Shown here: positions 17,429 through 26,861 of the stretch, one piece after another | Layout of the letters: every line of letters begins with the position of its first letter | How positions within the stretch are numbered: position 1 is the stretch's first letter | Assembly (NCBI GenBank): GCA_003635305.1 | Contig: PYJE01000068.1 | Location: 21,882 to 68,170 of the forward strand | DNA length: 46,289 bases | Origin: Candidatus Poribacteria bacterium | Lineage (GTDB): Bacteria > Poribacteria > WGA-4E > WGA-3G | Direction of reading: 5' to 3' | Made by a program: the position numbers and the translations under genes | The notes under the pieces: generated by a model | Databases searched by the model: none | The model's input: only the letters and a program-made list of their open reading frames with translations | What the model was told of the DNA's origin: nothing

Positions 17429-20400
17429 ATGGCAACCCCATTTGACAGTATCTCCCTCAAAATCGCTTCGCCGGACGAAATCAAAGCGTTGGCGAAGCGC
17501 ACCTGCTGCAAACGCAGAAGCAGCACCGTCAACCCCGGTGAACCCTTCTCCTGCCCAGAAATGCACACCTGCAACTGCGGCGAAGTGAAGAAGGCAGAGA
17601 CGATTAACTACCGCTCCTTCCGGCCCGAACTCGAAGGCCTCTTCTGTGAGGCAATTTTCGGGCCTTCCAAGGACTGGGAGTGTAACTGCGGAAAATATAA
17701 GCGGATTAAGCACAAAGGCGTTATCTGCGACCGGTGCGGCGTGGAAGTCACACGCCAGCACGTCCGCAGGGAACGGATGGGCTACATCCAACTCGCGTCC
17801 CCTGTCTCGCATATCTGGTTCTTCAAGGGGGCCCCATCGCGCATCGGAGCCTTCTGTGACTTCTCCGCACGGCAGATTGAGAACATTCTCTACTTTGACG
17901 CGTTCCTGGTGACTGAAGCGGACGAGGAACTTCAAGCACAAGGTATCCTCAAGCCCAACCAACTCATCAGCGAGGCAGAATTCGATACCTACAAAGTCCA
18001 ATACCGAGGCCGATTTAAGGCAGGTGCCGGCGGCGAAATACTTGCCAAACACCTCGCGAGCTTGGACCTCGAGGCAGAATGCGAGCAACTCGCTAAGGAA
18101 CTAGAGGAAACGCGCAGCCATCAGAAAAAGGTGAAACTCGCCAAGCAGCTCCGCATGAGGGAAGACTTTCTGAGGTCTGGACAACGTCCCGAATGGATGA
18201 TCATCGATGTGCTTCCCGTAATTCCCCCGGATTTGCGGCCCCTCGTCACCTTAGATGGCGGACGATTCGCCACCAGCGATCTGAACGATTTGTATCGGCG
18301 GCTCATCCATCGAAACAACCGCCTAGCCAAACTCATCCAGATGCGCTCGCCCGAAGTCATCTTGCGCAACGAAAAACGGATGCTGCAAGAAGCCGTTGAC
18401 GCATTCTTTGATAACGGCCGACACGGCAGAAGCGTAACAGGACCCGGGAATCGCGAACTCAAATCGCTCTCGCACGTCCTCAAAGGGAAAGTCGGACGCT
18501 TCCGACAGAATCTGCTCGGCAAACGGGTCGACTACTCCGGCCGCAGCGTCATCGTCGTCGGACCTGAACTAGCACTACACCAATGCGGCATCCCGAAACA
18601 GATGGCAGTGGAGTTGTTCAAGCCATTTATTATCGAACGGCTGCAAGCCTATGGCTACTCCAGCACCATCAAGCGCGCCAAGTCTTATGTCGAGAATATC
18701 GATTCTGGTAGCCCAGTGTGGGACGTGCTCGAAGAAGTCATCGAAGAACACCCAGTGTTGCTCAACCGGCCACCGACACTGCACCGGCTCGGCATTCAAG
18801 CATTCATGCCGGTCTTGGTGGAAGGAAAATCTATCCGAATCCCACCACTTGTCTGCAAAGCGTTCAACGCCGATTTTGATGGAGACCAGATGGCAGTGCA
18901 TGTGCCGTTAACCGCCGAAGCTCAGGCAGAAGCGAAACTGCTGATGCTCAGCAGCCATAACATCTTGAAGCCTTCGCACGGCGGACCGATTGCCGTCCCC
19001 GAACTGGATATGGTGCTCGGACCGAGTTACCTTACCAAGACGCTACCAGAACACGATGCGGACGCGCAACTGCTTCACAAGGTCTATACCCATCAAAACA
19101 GCGATACCTCTCTCTTTGATGAGATTCGCAGGAAACCGTGGTATCACCGCCGCTACGCGCATCCGGAAGAAGTCATCGCCGCGCACGGTGCAGGGCAACT
19201 CAAACTACACGACAGCGTCCAGTTGTTTTTCCCGGAAAATGGCAGGCAGCGCGAACCAATCCTCACCACCGTTGGCCGAGTGATTTTTAACGAGGTCCTC
19301 CCAGCCGAATTGGACTGGGAGGACGAGCACTCCGGACAGCAACTCCCGTTTTTCAACGGCGAAGCAGGGGGGAGGCAGCTCTCTGAAATCGTTGAAGACT
19401 GTTTCAACACTCCCGACCTCGGCACGCGGGCGACTGTAGAACTGCTGCAGCGACTTCAAAAACTCGCGTTCGAGTATGCAACGCAAAGCGGGATTTCGCC
19501 CAGCATTAATGATTACATCAAACCGCCGCAGCGGCAGGAACTGTTGGAAAAGACAGAGGAAACTATTGCCGAACTCATCGCCGCATCCGCCGCAGGTGCC
19601 GATACCGAAGAACTGGAGAACGAGCAAATCCACCTATGGTTCCAAGCACTGCGAGAGATGGAAGGCCTCATGTTTGCTAGACTCCCAGAATTGGAAACCC
19701 GCCTCGTTGACAGGGACGAACATGTCAAAGGGTTCAGTCCGGTGCATATCATGGCAGATAGCGGCGCACGGGCCCGGAAAAATCCGTTCATGCAAATCAG
19801 TGCCGTCCTCGGGCTGAAAGCGAAGCAGAGCGGTGAAATTCTGCTGCCGCCGATTACCACCTCCTATCGCGACGGATTGGACGTAATCGACTACTTCAAC
19901 TCCACCTACGGCTCCCGAAAAGGATTGGTGGATACGGCGATGAAGACAGCGGCATCGGGTTACTTGACGCGGAAACTCGTTGATGTCGCGCAAGACGTGC
20001 GCGTCACTGAAACGGATTGCGGCACCCTCCACGGCATCAAGAAATTTGCCACTGAAGGAGGAGAACTCGCTTTTAAAATCCGCGGACGCACCGCGACAGA
20101 GGATATCCTACATCCCAATACCGGTGAAGTCCTCGTCAAAGCCGATGAACTCATCTCAGCCGAAGCAGCGGCACTGCTTGAAAAGAGTAAGGTAAAAATT
20201 GTCACCGTCCGTTCGATGCTCACCTGCGAGACCGAGGAAGGTGTCTGCGCCAAATGCTACGGACACGATTTGACGACGAACAGGCTTGTCAGTGTCGGTG
20301 AAGCTGTTGGCATTATCGCCGCGCAATCCATCGGGGAACCCGGTACGCAACTCACGATGCGGACGTTCCACACCGGTGGTGCGGTTGAGGAAGTCTCCGA

Positions 20401-23400
20401 TGCACGCCAGCGTAAAATCCTAGCAAAAACGAGTGGCACTGTGAGGTTCCGCGATTTCCATCCCGGCATCACTGTCCGCCAAGAAGGCGCTCTCTGGATA
20501 TCCACAGGGCCCGGCACTTCTCCAATCGGCACAACTTCCTGGGCCGATAATCAGGCTGCTCTGAGGCGGGATCCAATAAACACGGAATCCGCTGAAAAGA
20601 AAGAATTCGGCAGCCGGGCCAATCTGGACGCTCCCGCCTACAAGGTCACGCGCGTCATTCACGCCGATTGCAAATTACAAAAAGGCGACTTGCTGAGCGA
20701 GAAACAGTTCTCTGAAAACGCGCAGCGTTACAAAGGCTTTGAGACAGTCCCATGGCAGCATCGCGTCACCACCGTTCACGATGATGCCTGTCCCTTGAAA
20801 GAGGGAGACCGGCTTTCTGCCGCGCAGTTGCATCAAGCCAGAAGGGCATACGGCTTCACGCGCTTTGCAACCGAGAAGCGCGAGATAGAACACGTCCGCC
20901 TTTCTACTGTGAACGTTCACCCCGGCGATTTGCTCACCGAAGAAGAAATCGCGCAGCGCAAAGCAGAGATTCGGAACAAATTTGATGGCGAATGGTGTTA
21001 CCGCATCCCAAAAACCGGCGAAATTTTCAAGTCGGCTCAGGAATTGTTGCCCTTGGGCATCCCTGTGGAGCCCCTTGAAGATATTGCGGATACAGCAATG
21101 CCAGGAGACACGTCTGCTGAAATGGCGGAAGCCCTGACTTCTGCGGATACATCGCTAGCGGGACGCACGTCTTTTGAACGGGTTTACCGCATCACCGCGC
21201 GGACACATCGGGATTTCCCTTATGCTGTCGGGGATATCGTGACCGCGGAGGAGATTGCGCCGTGGTTCACGCCTTTTGAGGAGGCAAAGAACCCCGTCTA
21301 TGTCATTGATGCAGACGCACCCTTGCATGCAGGCGAGACGTTGACACGCTACCAATACGAGGAAGTGTGTCGCGATTATCAGCCGTTTGAATCCGAAAGA
21401 GCGTCGGAAGTGTTGCACCACGTTACGGCAGTGCATCATCCCAGCTGCCCACTCAAGCCGGGTGAAGATTTAACCACAGCGGACAAGGATGCGATGCTCG
21501 CTCGCTGGATGGGTTTTGAAGCGCAGAAACTGCGGCACCGGGTTACGCACATCTATCATCCGGATTTTCCATACAAACCGGGCTATTTGATGAGCGATGC
21601 AGAGGCCAAAAAGTGGGCAAGCGAATTCCCCGGCATTGAAGTCCGGCATTCCGGCGTGTTTAGAACAACCCCTATCAATCGCATCACCGCCGTTCATTTC
21701 CCAGACAGCCCCTTGCAGAAGGGTGAACTGATGACGCGCAGCGAGGCATCGACATACCGCAAGACGTTCAAAGGGTTGGATGTCGAATCCTTCTACGAGG
21801 TTACTGAAGGACACTACTATCGGGCAACCGAAGGCAAGCCAGGCTTCACTGCAGAAGCGTTAACAGGGCCCGCTTTTACCGGGAAGGGTTCCAAGAACGT
21901 CTGGCGCGTTACCGAAGTGTTCCATCCCGCGTGCAAACTTGAGGTTGGACAGGATATTTCCAACGCCGCTTACAAGAAAGCGCAAAAGGACTTTCCAAGC
22001 GTCAAGCCGGGCGATATCCTAACGCAGGCGGAATTGGAAACGTGGCACCCCTTAGCCGCTGAGCAGGTCCAGCAACTCACCGAAGCGGAGTATGAGGCAC
22101 GACGCAAATGGGAGGCGAAAAACAAAACGCGGGGTAAAACGGATCTGAAAATCCAAGAGAAGGTCACACCCCAACACCGCGTGCTGGATGTCCATCACCC
22201 CCAACTCGCCATTGAAATCGGCGAAGAACTGGCGGATAAGGACTACAAGAAGCTCAAGCAAAAATACAGAGGGTTTGACGTTGAAACCCTCCATGGTGTC
22301 ATCCTAGATGAACCAGAGCTGGAGGAGCCCGACATCCCAGAAAGTGAGCTCGCTCAAGCGAAGCCGGACTCCACTGTGGTAGAGCACTATAAGCACGTCG
22401 TCAACAATCTAGAACTTCCTGTAGCGCAGTGGGAAAAGCCGCGCCTCGAGAAATTCTGGCGCGTTAAGGCTGTTCTTCCCAATCTAGAGTGTGAGTTTTC
22501 GGTAGGACAGAATCTTTCTGAAACCGAATATCAGGAGGCCTGCAAGAAGTATCAGGTCCACCTCGAAAAACCGAAGAGGCGTTTTCCCATTGATAAGGCA
22601 GAAATCTTTACAGCGGATGAATACCGCGCCCGCTGGAAGTATACCGTCACGGCTGTCCATCATCCGAATTGTCCGTATGAGGTAGGGACAGAATTATCCG
22701 AATCGGAATACCAAAGCGCGCTCAAGCATTACCCCGGCTTTGATAGGGACGATCCGGCACTGCAGATGAACATTGAGGTAGAGACAGCCGATGGCCGTCG
22801 GGTGCCGCATCAGATCAAGGCAGATTACTCCTTCTCCATCAAGGAGGGCGATACCGTCAAAGAGGAAGAAACCCTCGCTGAACTCCACGAGAAGACAGCG
22901 AACAGGGATATCGTTGCAGGTATCCCTCGCGTGACAGATCTTTTTGAGGCGCGCCAGCCTAAACGCGAAGACGCAGCGGAAATCGCGGAAATCGAAGGAT
23001 ACATTGAATCGGCAGGATCCAAATCAGGTGTTCCGACATACCGCATCGTTCACGAGGGGCACGAAAGCCGCCTCTACGCCATTCCGGACGAAAAACGGCG
23101 CGTCACCGAAGGCGACTTGGTAGAAGCAGGACAGCCGCTCACGGATGGATACCTCAACCCGCACGATATCCTCAAAATCGGGCGCGTCTTCATTGAAGAT
23201 GTCCCAATTGAAGGCGCAGAGGCCATTTGGACATACCTCATTGAGGAAATCCAAAAGGTTTACGGCGCACGCGCCATCAACGACAAGCACCTCGAAGCCA
23301 TCGTCCGGCAAATGATGAGGAAGGTGCGAGTGCTGAAACCCGGCGATACGCAGTTCCCCCATAACAGTGAGGTGACGCGACAGAAATTCGCTGAGGTGAA

Positions 23401-23698
23401 CGCGAAGGTTATTGACAGCGGCGGTGAACCTGCCACCGGCGAACCGATTCTGCAAGGCATCAGCCGTGCATCGCTCAGCACAGAAAGTTTCATCTCTGCC
23501 GCCTCGTTCCAGCAGACGACGAAGGTGCTGACAGATGCCGCTGTCAAAGGGCAGACAGACAAACTCTCCGGGCTGAAGGAAAACGTCATCCTCGGTCGCC
23601 TCATCCCTGCAGGAAGTGGACTTCCGGATTTACAGCAACTGGAAATCACGGAGGTTGACACTGACGAAGAGATGGAGGCACCGGAACCCGCCGAGTAA
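17429..23698 (+). CDS. rpoC: DNA-directed RNA polymerase subunit beta' (2089 aa; giant trigger-loop insertion)
   Basis: Zn ribbon 'CNCGKY...CDRCGVEV', 'GKRVDYSGRSVI', catalytic 'NADFDGD', 'GEPGTQLTMRTFHTGG', 'GLKENVILGRLIPAG'. Confidence 0.97.
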   Translation: MATPFDSISLKIASPDEIKALAKRTCCKRRSSTVNPGEPFSCPEMHTCNCGEVKKAETINYRSFRPELEGLFCEAIFGPSKDWECNCGKYKRIKHKGVICDRCGVEVTRQHVRRERMGYIQLASPVSHIWFFKGAPSRIGAFCDFSARQIENILYFDAFLVTEADEELQAQGILKPNQLISEAEFDTYKVQYRGRFKAGAGGEILAKHLASLDLEAECEQLAKELEETRSHQKKVKLAKQLRMREDFLRSGQRPEWMIIDVLPVIPPDLRPLVTLDGGRFATSDLNDLYRRLIHRNNRLAKLIQMRSPEVILRNEKRMLQEAVDAFFDNGRHGRSVTGPGNRELKSLSHVLKGKVGRFRQNLLGKRVDYSGRSVIVVGPELALHQCGIPKQMAVELFKPFIIERLQAYGYSSTIKRAKSYVENIDSGSPVWDVLEEVIEEHPVLLNRPPTLHRLGIQAFMPVLVEGKSIRIPPLVCKAFNADFDGDQMAVHVPLTAEAQAEAKLLMLSSHNILKPSHGGPIAVPELDMVLGPSYLTKTLPEHDADAQLLHKVYTHQNSDTSLFDEIRRKPWYHRRYAHPEEVIAAHGAGQLKLHDSVQLFFPENGRQREPILTTVGRVIFNEVLPAELDWEDEHSGQQLPFFNGEAGGRQLSEIVEDCFNTPDLGTRATVELLQRLQKLAFEYATQSGISPSINDYIKPPQRQELLEKTEETIAELIAASAAGADTEELENEQIHLWFQALREMEGLMFARLPELETRLVDRDEHVKGFSPVHIMADSGARARKNPFMQISAVLGLKAKQSGEILLPPITTSYRDGLDVIDYFNSTYGSRKGLVDTAMKTAASGYLTRKLVDVAQDVRVTETDCGTLHGIKKFATEGGELAFKIRGRTATEDILHPNTGEVLVKADELISAEAAALLEKSKVKIVTVRSMLTCETEEGVCAKCYGHDLTTNRLVSVGEAVGIIAAQSIGEPGTQLTMRTFHTGGAVEEVSDARQRKILAKTSGTVRFRDFHPGITVRQEGALWISTGPGTSPIGTTSWADNQAALRRDPINTESAEKKEFGSRANLDAPAYKVTRVIHADCKLQKGDLLSEKQFSENAQRYKGFETVPWQHRVTTVHDDACPLKEGDRLSAAQLHQARRAYGFTRFATEKREIEHVRLSTVNVHPGDLLTEEEIAQRKAEIRNKFDGEWCYRIPKTGEIFKSAQELLPLGIPVEPLEDIADTAMPGDTSAEMAEALTSADTSLAGRTSFERVYRITARTHRDFPYAVGDIVTAEEIAPWFTPFEEAKNPVYVIDADAPLHAGETLTRYQYEEVCRDYQPFESERASEVLHHVTAVHHPSCPLKPGEDLTTADKDAMLARWMGFEAQKLRHRVTHIYHPDFPYKPGYLMSDAEAKKWASEFPGIEVRHSGVFRTTPINRITAVHFPDSPLQKGELMTRSEASTYRKTFKGLDVESFYEVTEGHYYRATEGKPGFTAEALTGPAFTGKGSKNVWRVTEVFHPACKLEVGQDISNAAYKKAQKDFPSVKPGDILTQAELETWHPLAAEQVQQLTEAEYEARRKWEAKNKTRGKTDLKIQEKVTPQHRVLDVHHPQLAIEIGEELADKDYKKLKQKYRGFDVETLHGVILDEPELEEPDIPESELAQAKPDSTVVEHYKHVVNNLELPVAQWEKPRLEKFWRVKAVLPNLECEFSVGQNLSETEYQEACKKYQVHLEKPKRRFPIDKAEIFTADEYRARWKYTVTAVHHPNCPYEVGTELSESEYQSALKHYPGFDRDDPALQMNIEVETADGRRVPHQIKADYSFSIKEGDTVKEEETLAELHEKTANRDIVAGIPRVTDLFEARQPKREDAAEIAEIEGYIESAGSKSGVPTYRIVHEGHESRLYAIPDEKRRVTEGDLVEAGQPLTDGYLNPHDILKIGRVFIEDVPIEGAEAIWTYLIEEIQKVYGARAINDKHLEAIVRQMMRKVRVLKPGDTQFPHNSEVTRQKFAEVNAKVIDSGGEPATGEPILQGISRASLSTESFISAASFQQTTKVLTDAAVKGQTDKLSGLKENVILGRLIPAGSGLPDLQQLEITEVDTDEEMEAPEPAE

Positions 23699-23712
23699 TC
23701 GTCTGCAGTTCT

Positions 23713-23740
23713 GTAAGGCGAGGGACATCTATCCCTCGCC
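23713..23740 (+). repeat. REP-like hairpin, family C (may also terminate rpoBC)
   Basis: gtaaggcgaggga-catcta-tccctcgcc, 9-bp stem; related to 17357 and 39612. Confidence 0.7.
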
Positions 23741-23764
23741 TTGTCATGAGCGCGGAGGCACCCC

Positions 23765-25228
23765 ATGCTCAAACTTCCCGAACTCAACAGTTTACATTAC
23801 GGCGATTGCCTAGAAGTCATGCAACAATGGCCCGATGAAACCATAGACCTCGGCTACTTCGATCCTCCTTTCAACAGCAACGCCAAATATCACCAACTCT
23901 ATGATACAAAGGACGACAACCGCGGCACACGCGACGCACAACTGCAAGCATTTGACGACGCATGGAGATGGAATACCACCGCCGCCGAACGCGTCGCAAA
24001 TCTGCTCGATGCACCCGCACATCCGGCGCATCAGGTGATAGAAGCGTTCGCTAAATGGCCCGGAGAAGGCGGCATGCTCGCCTATCTCAGCTACATGGCA
24101 GAACGCATCGCGGGCCTACACCGGCTGCTCAAACCCACAGGCAGCGTCTACCTCCACTGCGATGCAACCGCCGCGCATCCCCTCAAACTCCTCATGGACT
24201 GTATCTTCGGACCGGAAAACTTTCGCCGTGAGATTGTGTGGCAGATGAAATCGCGTTCCGGTTTCAAAAGCCGAGCCGCGAATTGGATCCGCGACCACGA
24301 CACTATCCTCTATTACGCCAAATCAGACCGGGCGACGTTCAACAAGCAGTTTGAACCCTATTCCGAGGAATATGTGGCACGAAGTTTCACGCAAAAGGAT
24401 GCGGACGGACGGCGGTATCGTCAACGCGGGAATAAACGCTACTACGAAGATGAAGGCGGCATCCCCTACGGCGACGTATGGGACGACATCCACTCCTTTC
24501 AGACAGCGACGCGGAGCCAAGAGTATCTTGGGTATCCTACCCAAAAACCGTTGAAACTTCTGGAACGCATCATTCAGGCATCCTCTAATGAAGGCGACAT
24601 CGTGCTGGACCCGTTTTGTGGCTGTGGGACAACAGTTGCCGCAGCGGATAAACTGAATCGAAAGTGGCTCGGCATCGATATCTCACTGCACGCGTTGGAA
24701 GTCATCAAGCTAAACCGCTTTCCGGGGCGCGCTATTCCCACGAGCGGCATTCCTGCAGACTTCGCCGCAGCAGCGCAGCTAGCCAAGCAAAATCCACGAC
24801 ACTTCGAAGTCTGGGCACTGAATTGCGCCTCGCAAGGACTCGCACCAAACGATGTCCAAACCGGTGATGGCGGCATCGATGGAAGAGGCCACACGCTCCT
24901 GCAGCCCGATGAAAGCAACTCCAAACTGGTGCTTGCGCAGGTGAAAGGTGGGAAATTCCAATTGAGCCAACTCCGTGACTTCTTGTGGACGCTGGAACGG
25001 GAGAAAGCGGCGATGGGAGTGTTTATCACGCTGAACCCTGTCACCTCGCGGAACGCACAAGCGGAACTGCTGCGACTCGGCACCGTCACCGTCGGCACGG
25101 AAACATATCCGCGCGTGCAAACCTGGTCACTCCAGGAACATTTCAAGGGACAGCGGCTACGGATGCCAGATATGAAGAACCCTTATACCGGCAAACCGCT
25201 CCAACCCTCGCTGCAATTGATGTTGTAG
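23765..25228 (+). CDS. N4/N6 DNA methyltransferase (beta class) fused to a C-terminal Mrr-like PD-(D/E)xK domain
   Basis: 'DPPFNS' precedes 'YPTQKP' and 'DPFCGCGT'; C-terminal 'FEVWA...DGGIDG...LAQVKGG...GVFIT'. Confidence 0.88.
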   Translation: MLKLPELNSLHYGDCLEVMQQWPDETIDLGYFDPPFNSNAKYHQLYDTKDDNRGTRDAQLQAFDDAWRWNTTAAERVANLLDAPAHPAHQVIEAFAKWPGEGGMLAYLSYMAERIAGLHRLLKPTGSVYLHCDATAAHPLKLLMDCIFGPENFRREIVWQMKSRSGFKSRAANWIRDHDTILYYAKSDRATFNKQFEPYSEEYVARSFTQKDADGRRYRQRGNKRYYEDEGGIPYGDVWDDIHSFQTATRSQEYLGYPTQKPLKLLERIIQASSNEGDIVLDPFCGCGTTVAAADKLNRKWLGIDISLHALEVIKLNRFPGRAIPTSGIPADFAAAAQLAKQNPRHFEVWALNCASQGLAPNDVQTGDGGIDGRGHTLLQPDESNSKLVLAQVKGGKFQLSQLRDFLWTLEREKAAMGVFITLNPVTSRNAQAELLRLGTVTVGTETYPRVQTWSLQEHFKGQRLRMPDMKNPYTGKPLQPSLQLML

Positions 25229-25260
25229 GGAAATCGGAACGGTGCTCAATTAACCCGGCA

Positions 25261-26667
25261 CTACAAATTGGGCTTCGTCATCGCCGCCGGTACGACGTGC
25301 GTATCAAATTCAGCGGCGGGTAACACCGCCAGCGCAACAGCCGCCTCCCGGAGGGTACAGCCGTGTTCATGCGCATATTGTGCGACTTTCGCTGCACTAT
25401 CATAACCGATATGGGGTGCTAACGCTGTCACCAACATCAGCGATTCGGAGAGGTGCTGCGCAATCTTCTCGCGGTTCGGCACAATGCCCTCCACGCAGTG
25501 TTTGCGGAACGAATCGCAAGCGTCGCCGAGAAGCTGGATGGATTGCAAAGCGTTATAGGCAATCACCGGCATGAAGACGTTCAATTGCAACGCGCCACTC
25601 GCATTCGCAAACGTCAACGTCGTATCGTTTCCCATCACCTGCGCGCACACCATCGTCACCGCCTCGCACTGCGTCGGATTCACTTTGCCCGGCATAATTG
25701 AACTGCCCGGTTCATTCGGTGGGAGCTGCAATTCGCCGAGCCCACACCGCGGGCCCGAAGCCAGCCAGCGGATGTCGTTCGCAATCTTAAACAATGCCGT
25801 GGCCAGCGTCTTCAACGCCGCACTCGCATAGAGAACAGCATCTCTGCACGCTAACGCCTCAAATGCATTCGGGGCACGCCGGAGCGGATACCCCGTCTCC
25901 GATGCCAGCCGCGCCACCACCTTGCCGGTATAGTCGGGATGCGTGTTTAATCCTGTGCCAACAGCCGTGCCGCCAATCGGCAATTCGCAGAGGCCCGGCA
26001 CCGCCGCTTCAACCCGCGCTTCCGCCGCAGTGAGCTGCTGCGTCCAGGCACCGAACTCTTGCCCAAGCGTGAGCGGTGTCGCGTCCATCAGATGTGTCCT
26101 ACCGATTTTGACAATCTCGGTAAACGTGTCCGCTTTTGCAGCGAACGCATCACGGAGCGCAGACAGCCGCGGCTTGAGGTGCTCTTGCAACTGCCGAATC
26201 ATCGCCAGATGGATAGCTGTCGGGAACACATCGTTCGTTGACTGAGATTTATTGACATGGTCATTCGGGTGGACAGGGTGTTTGCTCCCTATCTCCCCGC
26301 CGAGCATCTCAATAGCACGATTCGCGATGACTTCGTTGACGTTCATGTTCGTCTGCGTGCCACTGCCGGTCTGCCAGACCGGGAGCGGGAAGTGCGCGTC
26401 CAGCGTGCCATCAATCACCTCCCGCGCGGCAGCACCGATAGTCTCCGCAAGACGCGGTTCCAGCAAACCGAGCTCGGCGTTGACATGCGCGACGGCCCGT
26501 TTAATCGTGCCGAGTGCCCACAAAGCCGGGCGCGGGACGCGTTCGTCACCGATATGAAAATTCTGAAGGGCGCGCTGCGTCTGCGCACCCCAATACTTAT
26601 CCGATGGAACATGGAGTGTGCCCATGCTATCTGTTTCTATTCTTGTCATATTTTTCTCGTTCACCAT
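25261..26667 (-). CDS. fumC: Class II fumarate hydratase
   Basis: 'RIETDSMG', 'WGAQTQR', 'QTGSGTQTNMN', 'GRTHLMDATP', 'GSSIMPGKVNPTQCE'. Confidence 0.97.
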   Translation of the reverse strand: MVNEKNMTRIETDSMGTLHVPSDKYWGAQTQRALQNFHIGDERVPRPALWALGTIKRAVAHVNAELGLLEPRLAETIGAAAREVIDGTLDAHFPLPVWQTGSGTQTNMNVNEVIANRAIEMLGGEIGSKHPVHPNDHVNKSQSTNDVFPTAIHLAMIRQLQEHLKPRLSALRDAFAAKADTFTEIVKIGRTHLMDATPLTLGQEFGAWTQQLTAAEARVEAAVPGLCELPIGGTAVGTGLNTHPDYTGKVVARLASETGYPLRRAPNAFEALACRDAVLYASAALKTLATALFKIANDIRWLASGPRCGLGELQLPPNEPGSSIMPGKVNPTQCEAVTMVCAQVMGNDTTLTFANASGALQLNVFMPVIAYNALQSIQLLGDACDSFRKHCVEGIVPNREKIAQHLSESLMLVTALAPHIGYDSAAKVAQYAHEHGCTLREAAVALAVLPAAEFDTHVVPAAMTKPNL

Positions 26668-26801
26668 GCGTTAATCGACTCCTCTAGGGCTGATATCGTC
26701 AACTTTTCAGCACATCTTGATGTTGTCAAGACTTGCACCACGGAAAAGTTGAACGTTCAGAGGCAATTTTACCCTATTCAGGCGAAAATTGCAAAGAAAA
26801 C

Positions 26802-26831
26802 TTGACAAATACCAAACAGATAGGGTATAAT
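26802..26831 (+). promoter_or_regulatory. Consensus sigma70 promoter for the downstream gene run
   Basis: TTGACA-N18-TATAAT. Confidence 0.75.
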
Positions 26832-26861
26832 AGAATTAAATTTAACGACTAAGGAAATCCA

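Noticed and set aside
20384-22906. Intein in rpoC (or in rpoB 13397-13981)
   Set aside because: No N-terminal Cys/Ser block, no His-Asn followed by Cys/Ser/Thr at the end, and no LAGLIDADG motif. The inserts sit at known lineage-specific insertion sites.
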